From: Curvularia clavata
Lineage: Eukaryota
Assembly: GCA_023920165.1 (NCBI GenBank)
Contig: CP089276.1
Coordinates: 2,294,001-2,358,000, forward strand
DNA: 64,000 bases
Reading direction: 5' to 3'
Under the pieces are notes generated by a model that did no database searches, was not told the DNA's origin, and saw only the letters and a program-made list of their open reading frames with translations. Position numbers and translations under genes: made by a program. Of this stretch, positions 60,040 to 64,000 are shown piece after piece (within the stretch, counting starts at the first letter, position 1; every line of letters begins with the position of its first letter).

Positions 60040-60732
60040 TCATTTGACGTTCTTGGCCAGCCACTCCTCCCACTGCTCTACAGTCCAACTGCTACTAATG
60101 TCATTATTTACAATACCATCAAATACCACCGTCGGCGTCACATGCACTCCCGTCATACGGTTTGCCTTGACCTGCACTTTCACATCATTCGTAACCCCAT
60201 TCCCAGAATTTAAACTTCCGTCCTCACCCGGCTTGTCGCTTATCTCCAACAAGCCATACACTTTTTCCTCATCGACACCCACACTTCCCGCTACCTTGGC
60301 CAGTCGCCTATACGTCTGGTTCCTCGTCTCATTCACTACGCTCACGTCGAAGAAGTCCTTTTGCTGCTCAAACAACTTCTGGGAGAAGTCCCAGAACTTG
60401 GTGCTGTCAATTTTTTGCACGGCGTAGGCTGCCTCGTGGACGAGGGTGGAGGAGGGGTGCCAGGGTTGAATTTGCTGACGGAAGATGGTGACGACGCGGT
60501 CGTTGTAGGTGGAGAGGAGGGTGTTGCGGAGTGGAGTGGTGAAGACGGTTTTGAAGAGTTTGGCAGAGAAGGGACAGACGTAGTCCAGGTCTGTGGGTTG
60601 GAGGGGTGAGTTTGGATACATGGAGAGGGGAAAAAAGGGTGTATGCTTACAGATTTCAAGGGTATGAACGGCTTTTGGCTGAATGGAGGCTGAGGCTAGC
60701 TTTTGGCCTGCGAATTTGGGTGCGAGAGCCAT
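60040..60732 (-). CDS. DsbA/thioredoxin-like fold protein (monothiol CPFS)
   Basis: Intron 60650-60591 restores HTLEIYLDYVCPFSAK. Also has QIQPWHPSS and the cis-Pro loop GVHVTPTV. Confidence 0.88.
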   Translation of the reverse strand: MALAPKFAGQKLASASIQPKAVHTLEICKHTPFFPLSMYPNSPLQPTDLDYVCPFSAKLFKTVFTTPLRNTLLSTYNDRVVTIFRQQIQPWHPSSTLVHEAAYAVQKIDSTKFWDFSQKLFEQQKDFFDVSVVNETRNQTYRRLAKVAGSVGVDEEKVYGLLEISDKPGEDGSLNSGNGVTNDVKVQVKANRMTGVHVTPTVVFDGIVNNDISSSWTVEQWEEWLAKNVK

Positions 60733-61136
60733 TTGTGCAGTTTAAGATGTGGGATGGAAATGGGTAGGTGGAATTGAAGGGGCTTCGAAAGACGAGTATG
60801 ATAAGGAAGAATGGAATGTCGGGCGTATATATCACACAGAGAAAAAGCACGCAATTGTAGGATGAGCTATCAGATGCTGGGAGCTTCGGGTATGACGACA
60901 GTCGGTCCGGTAGCAATCGACATGTGATATCCCGAAGCCATTGGGAATACCGAGAACAGAATGACTAAGAAATGAATGGTCTGGGCCATTTCTAGGCTTT
61001 TCGTAAATTCATAGTACTTGTGAATTTACTAGAGAAACGAAATCTATAGCCTGGGAAATAAGGCGTCAATTGAGACTTTCCCACAGCCTAGAGAGTAGCG
61101 TGCCCCTCCCCCACTTTGTCCACATAGGTACGCCCA

Positions 61137-61182
61137 AAGCTCCAAGCTCCAAGCTCCAAGCTCCAAGCTCCAAGCTCCAAGC
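61137..61182. repeat. Heptanucleotide tandem repeat (TCCAAGC)6 plus a partial unit
   Basis: Six perfect copies at 61141-61182, in the divergent promoter region. Confidence 0.95.
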
Positions 61183-61290
61183 CTTCATGCACCGCTTCGT
61201 CATAACTTACCCTGCCAGAGTTCTTTTTCCGGGTACAACCACTGTCTCTACCCGAGTATCATTCCATGCTAGTGTTCCTTCTTAACAACG

Positions 61291-62403
61291 ATGCCTGATC
61301 CCAATTCTGCCGACGATGATCTCCTCGCCCGTCTCAACGCGCTCAAAAAGTCCTCTGTTAGTTTAGATACCAACTACAGCGCCTCCATAGCACCTGCAGA
61401 CCCGCCCAGAGCTACCGACGATCTTGCGGCACGATTTGCACGCTTAGGCTCTGCATCGCCTGCATCGTCTCCAAAGCCACGAGCAGAGGGCAAGAGTTAT
61501 ACAACTGCACCGACGGTAGCCCCAGGTGCACCGAGCTATCTTGAAGGCGTAGCTCAGAGTGTTGGTGGCTCTAATGTCGAATTCAATGATGAGGATGAGA
61601 AGAGCCTGGAAGAATTGCTGGGCGAATTGAACGACACTGTTGGGGAAAGAAAGGACTGGGATGTAACCAAGCAGGAACAACAAGATGTTGGGAAGCTCCT
61701 TAAAGATATGCGCAGAATACTACCAGAAGTGGTCAACAGTCGCGCCCAAGGACAAGGTGATCTTGATAAAGCAGAGAGGTCGGCGGATTGGGAGAGTATT
61801 GAAGTCAATGTTGGGGGTGGAGAAGTTGACGCAAAGCAAAACACCGACGATGAAGTAGACGAAGAAGGTAAAAAGAAGACTGAAGATGATGAGGCCGACG
61901 ACATTATTGCAAAAGTCATGGCGGAGCTTGAAATTAGCAAGAAATACGACGATCCTTCCTCTCCTACATCAGAAAACGAAACGCCAGGCTCAGGGGACAA
62001 GGAGACTCAGAATGACACTGCAGATGGTGCCCTGAATCTTCCTTCAGCACCACAAGACCTGCCCGTTTATGATACCACCATTGAAGACCACTTCACCGCC
62101 CGTCTAGCCGCACTCGCCGCACCATTCCAATCAGACCCCCTTGGCCTCCCCTCTGCGCCATCATTTGCCCCTAGAAACAAGCCGCCCGTGTCAACGAATC
62201 TGCAAAAGAAGATTGACGACGAGGTTGATACGTGGTGCATCATTTGCCAAGACGATGCAACACTCAAGTGCCTGGGCTGCGACAACGACTTGTACTGTCA
62301 GAACTGCTGGATGGAGGGTCATCGGGGTGAGAGTGCTGGCTTCGAAGAAAGACGACACAAAGCTGTTTTGTACTCGAAGAAGAAACCACAGGCTGCTGCG
62401 TGA
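61291..62403 (+). CDS. ZFYVE19/ANCHR-like protein with C-terminal B-box-type zinc finger, no FYVE domain
   Basis: Intronless ORF. WCIICQDDATLKCLGCDNDLYCQNCWMEGH..H, with an acidic central region. Confidence 0.75.
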   Translation: MPDPNSADDDLLARLNALKKSSVSLDTNYSASIAPADPPRATDDLAARFARLGSASPASSPKPRAEGKSYTTAPTVAPGAPSYLEGVAQSVGGSNVEFNDEDEKSLEELLGELNDTVGERKDWDVTKQEQQDVGKLLKDMRRILPEVVNSRAQGQGDLDKAERSADWESIEVNVGGGEVDAKQNTDDEVDEEGKKKTEDDEADDIIAKVMAELEISKKYDDPSSPTSENETPGSGDKETQNDTADGALNLPSAPQDLPVYDTTIEDHFTARLAALAAPFQSDPLGLPSAPSFAPRNKPPVSTNLQKKIDDEVDTWCIICQDDATLKCLGCDNDLYCQNCWMEGHRGESAGFEERRHKAVLYSKKKPQAAA

Positions 62404-62951
62404 AAGAGAGTTTGAGCATAATTTTGACTTCGGATTGGTCTAGATGGAAAGAGGGCTATTGAGGGAACGGGGACGAGGAAGCTCGCATAAGAGTAAGACC
62501 TGGCACGTCGATTTACTTGACTGTACCCATACGGTTGCACCTCGATGTTCAACGAGAAGAACAGGAGTACTCACAGCACCATGACTGATGGCCAGACCAT
62601 GTATGTTGTATCAGGACATGATTATCGTATATCCAGAGGACGATGTCGCAGGAGAGCACAGCAGGCTATGCCAACCGCTACAGTACCTCCCTAGAGCTGA
62701 AGAGTTGCACAACACTGACACCTGCTTGAAAACAATGTTTCTGTCCAGCCATCTTGTTCTCCAAAATTGGGCACTCCAACCCAGATCGAGGTGAGCAGGT
62801 CATACGTGAGCTCCCTCACAGGAACAGCAACATATCAAAGTGGAAAACACGAGAAGAGCAGCTGTGGTATCGATTAAAGCCCTGCAATGTTGGCTGGGCC
62901 TGGTATCTCCAAACGCATTACAAGACATACTACGAAATCCTATATTGTATT

Positions 62952-64000
62952 TCAATCTGCATGCTTCTCATCGAAAGCCAGCATGACGCTCATGGCTCTC
63001 TCGTACGTCCACATGGTCACGGCGCTTGCAGGCGCCGCTTTCAGCAGACTAACCGTCAGACCCCGATACATGCCTCTTCGTCCTTCGTACTTCCATATAT
63101 GAGCCAAGGTGTTGACAACACCAGTGTACGTAGGTATATTTCGATGGACGTAGCGCTCTCGCGTCGGGCCTTGGACTTGTAATCGCTTGCGGGTCGTGTC
63201 GAGCGGGTAGACGGCGGTCTTTGAAAGAACGCTTGCAGCTATGCCTGCGAGCGCATCTGAGCTGCCAAACGGTAGGGGCACTGGGGAAGCGGCAGTAATT
63301 GGCTTGAAGCTCTCGTAGCTAGCGAAAAAGAGACCCATATATGGGACAATCTGACTAATGCCGGCTCCAAGACCACGGAAGAACCCAGTGGGCCCTTCAT
63401 GCTGCGCAATGTGTTTTATAGAAGCTATAATGGATGTGTACACGCGCTCGGTTCCTTGAGCCGCAAAACGTGTGCGGAGCAAATCAAGCGGATATGTGAG
63501 TGTCGTTGCGGCAGCACCAGCCGAAGCACCGCTGATGAAGTTGTTCACAGAGCCAGGCGGCGCATACGGTGGAGGGATAGCCTCGAGTATATGCGACACG
63601 TAGGTGTAGGCCGAGAATTGCACGCTGCCGTACGTCAGGTACATGAGCTCGGCTGGTATGTTGCCCTTCCACAGCCCTGTGACGCCCTCCTCACGCAGAA
63701 TCTGCTTGAGAGTACCCAATGTTCCTTTGTAGACGGGCCCCCTGACATGGCGAACGCTGAACGGGTCCGAGAGTGAGTGAATCTGGAGCTGCAGCCGGAT
63801 CTTGATCACATCGAGAGGCGCTATTACAAAGCTGTTCGACGTCAGCCAAGTGAAGGACGCGCCCGAGAGAGGGGAAATACCGTGATACCAGGCCTGCGAC
63901 TGCACCCGCAATCACTACCTGCCGCTGGGAGCCCTGCGATATAGATTAGCCCCGCGTCTCCATATGGCCAAAGTCGACAAGACGGTACCTCATGCTTCAA
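62952..64000 (-). CDS. TPC1: Mitochondrial thiamine pyrophosphate carrier (start codon outside window)
   Basis: Introns 63988-63934 and 63880-63832. [55 protein letters not shown] and [14 protein letters not shown]: three carrier repeats. Confidence 0.9.

Noticed and set aside
6872..60650. Several stop-free 3n introns (6872, 18593, 56121, 59091, 60591)
   Set aside because: A few are expected by chance among dozens of short introns. They mainly explain read-through artefacts in the ORF track.
1..60732. ERO1, Osm1-like reductase and DsbA-like gene as an oxidative-folding cluster
   Set aside because: They are separated by 25-35 kb of unrelated housekeeping genes, so co-occurrence is plausibly chance.

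Overview
Gene-dense, intron-containing chromosomal DNA of a filamentous ascomycete (Pezizomycotina; Dothideomycete/Pleosporales-like by protein resemblance, which is inference). I can build about 24 protein-coding models by hand with GT..branch..AG introns. In order: ERO1 (partial), a Cdc25/Acr2-like rhodanese, MPH1, a small GPI-anchored Cys-rich protein, SNT2, an RCR-family PY-motif membrane protein, a conserved hypothetical, ALA1, a CDC1-type phosphoesterase, an OSM1-like fumarate reductase with cytochrome b5, CTR2, BNA1, ORC3, a G-patch protein, a DUF3712-like protein, a small gene missed by the ORF track, OPA3, polo kinase, myosin I, an intracellular GH3 beta-glucosidase, SIN3, a DsbA/thioredoxin-like protein, a ZFYVE19/ANCHR-like protein and TPC1 (partial). 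There is also one dispersed 5S rRNA gene and a few microsatellites. I see no CRISPR array, transposase or secondary-metabolite cluster. The interesting signal is hidden isoform coding. (i) A TGA-CTA readthrough extension ending in the PTS1-like tripeptide CKM on the DsbA-like protein. (ii) A textbook two-step mitochondrial presequence in frame upstream of the normally cytosolic BNA1. (iii) The same dual-start layout in ALA1. (iv) A calcineurin-docking-like plus phosphodegron-like N-terminus on the beta-glucosidase. (v) A long SIN3 intron that could yield short isoforms. All exon boundaries and family calls were made by eye, with no database search.
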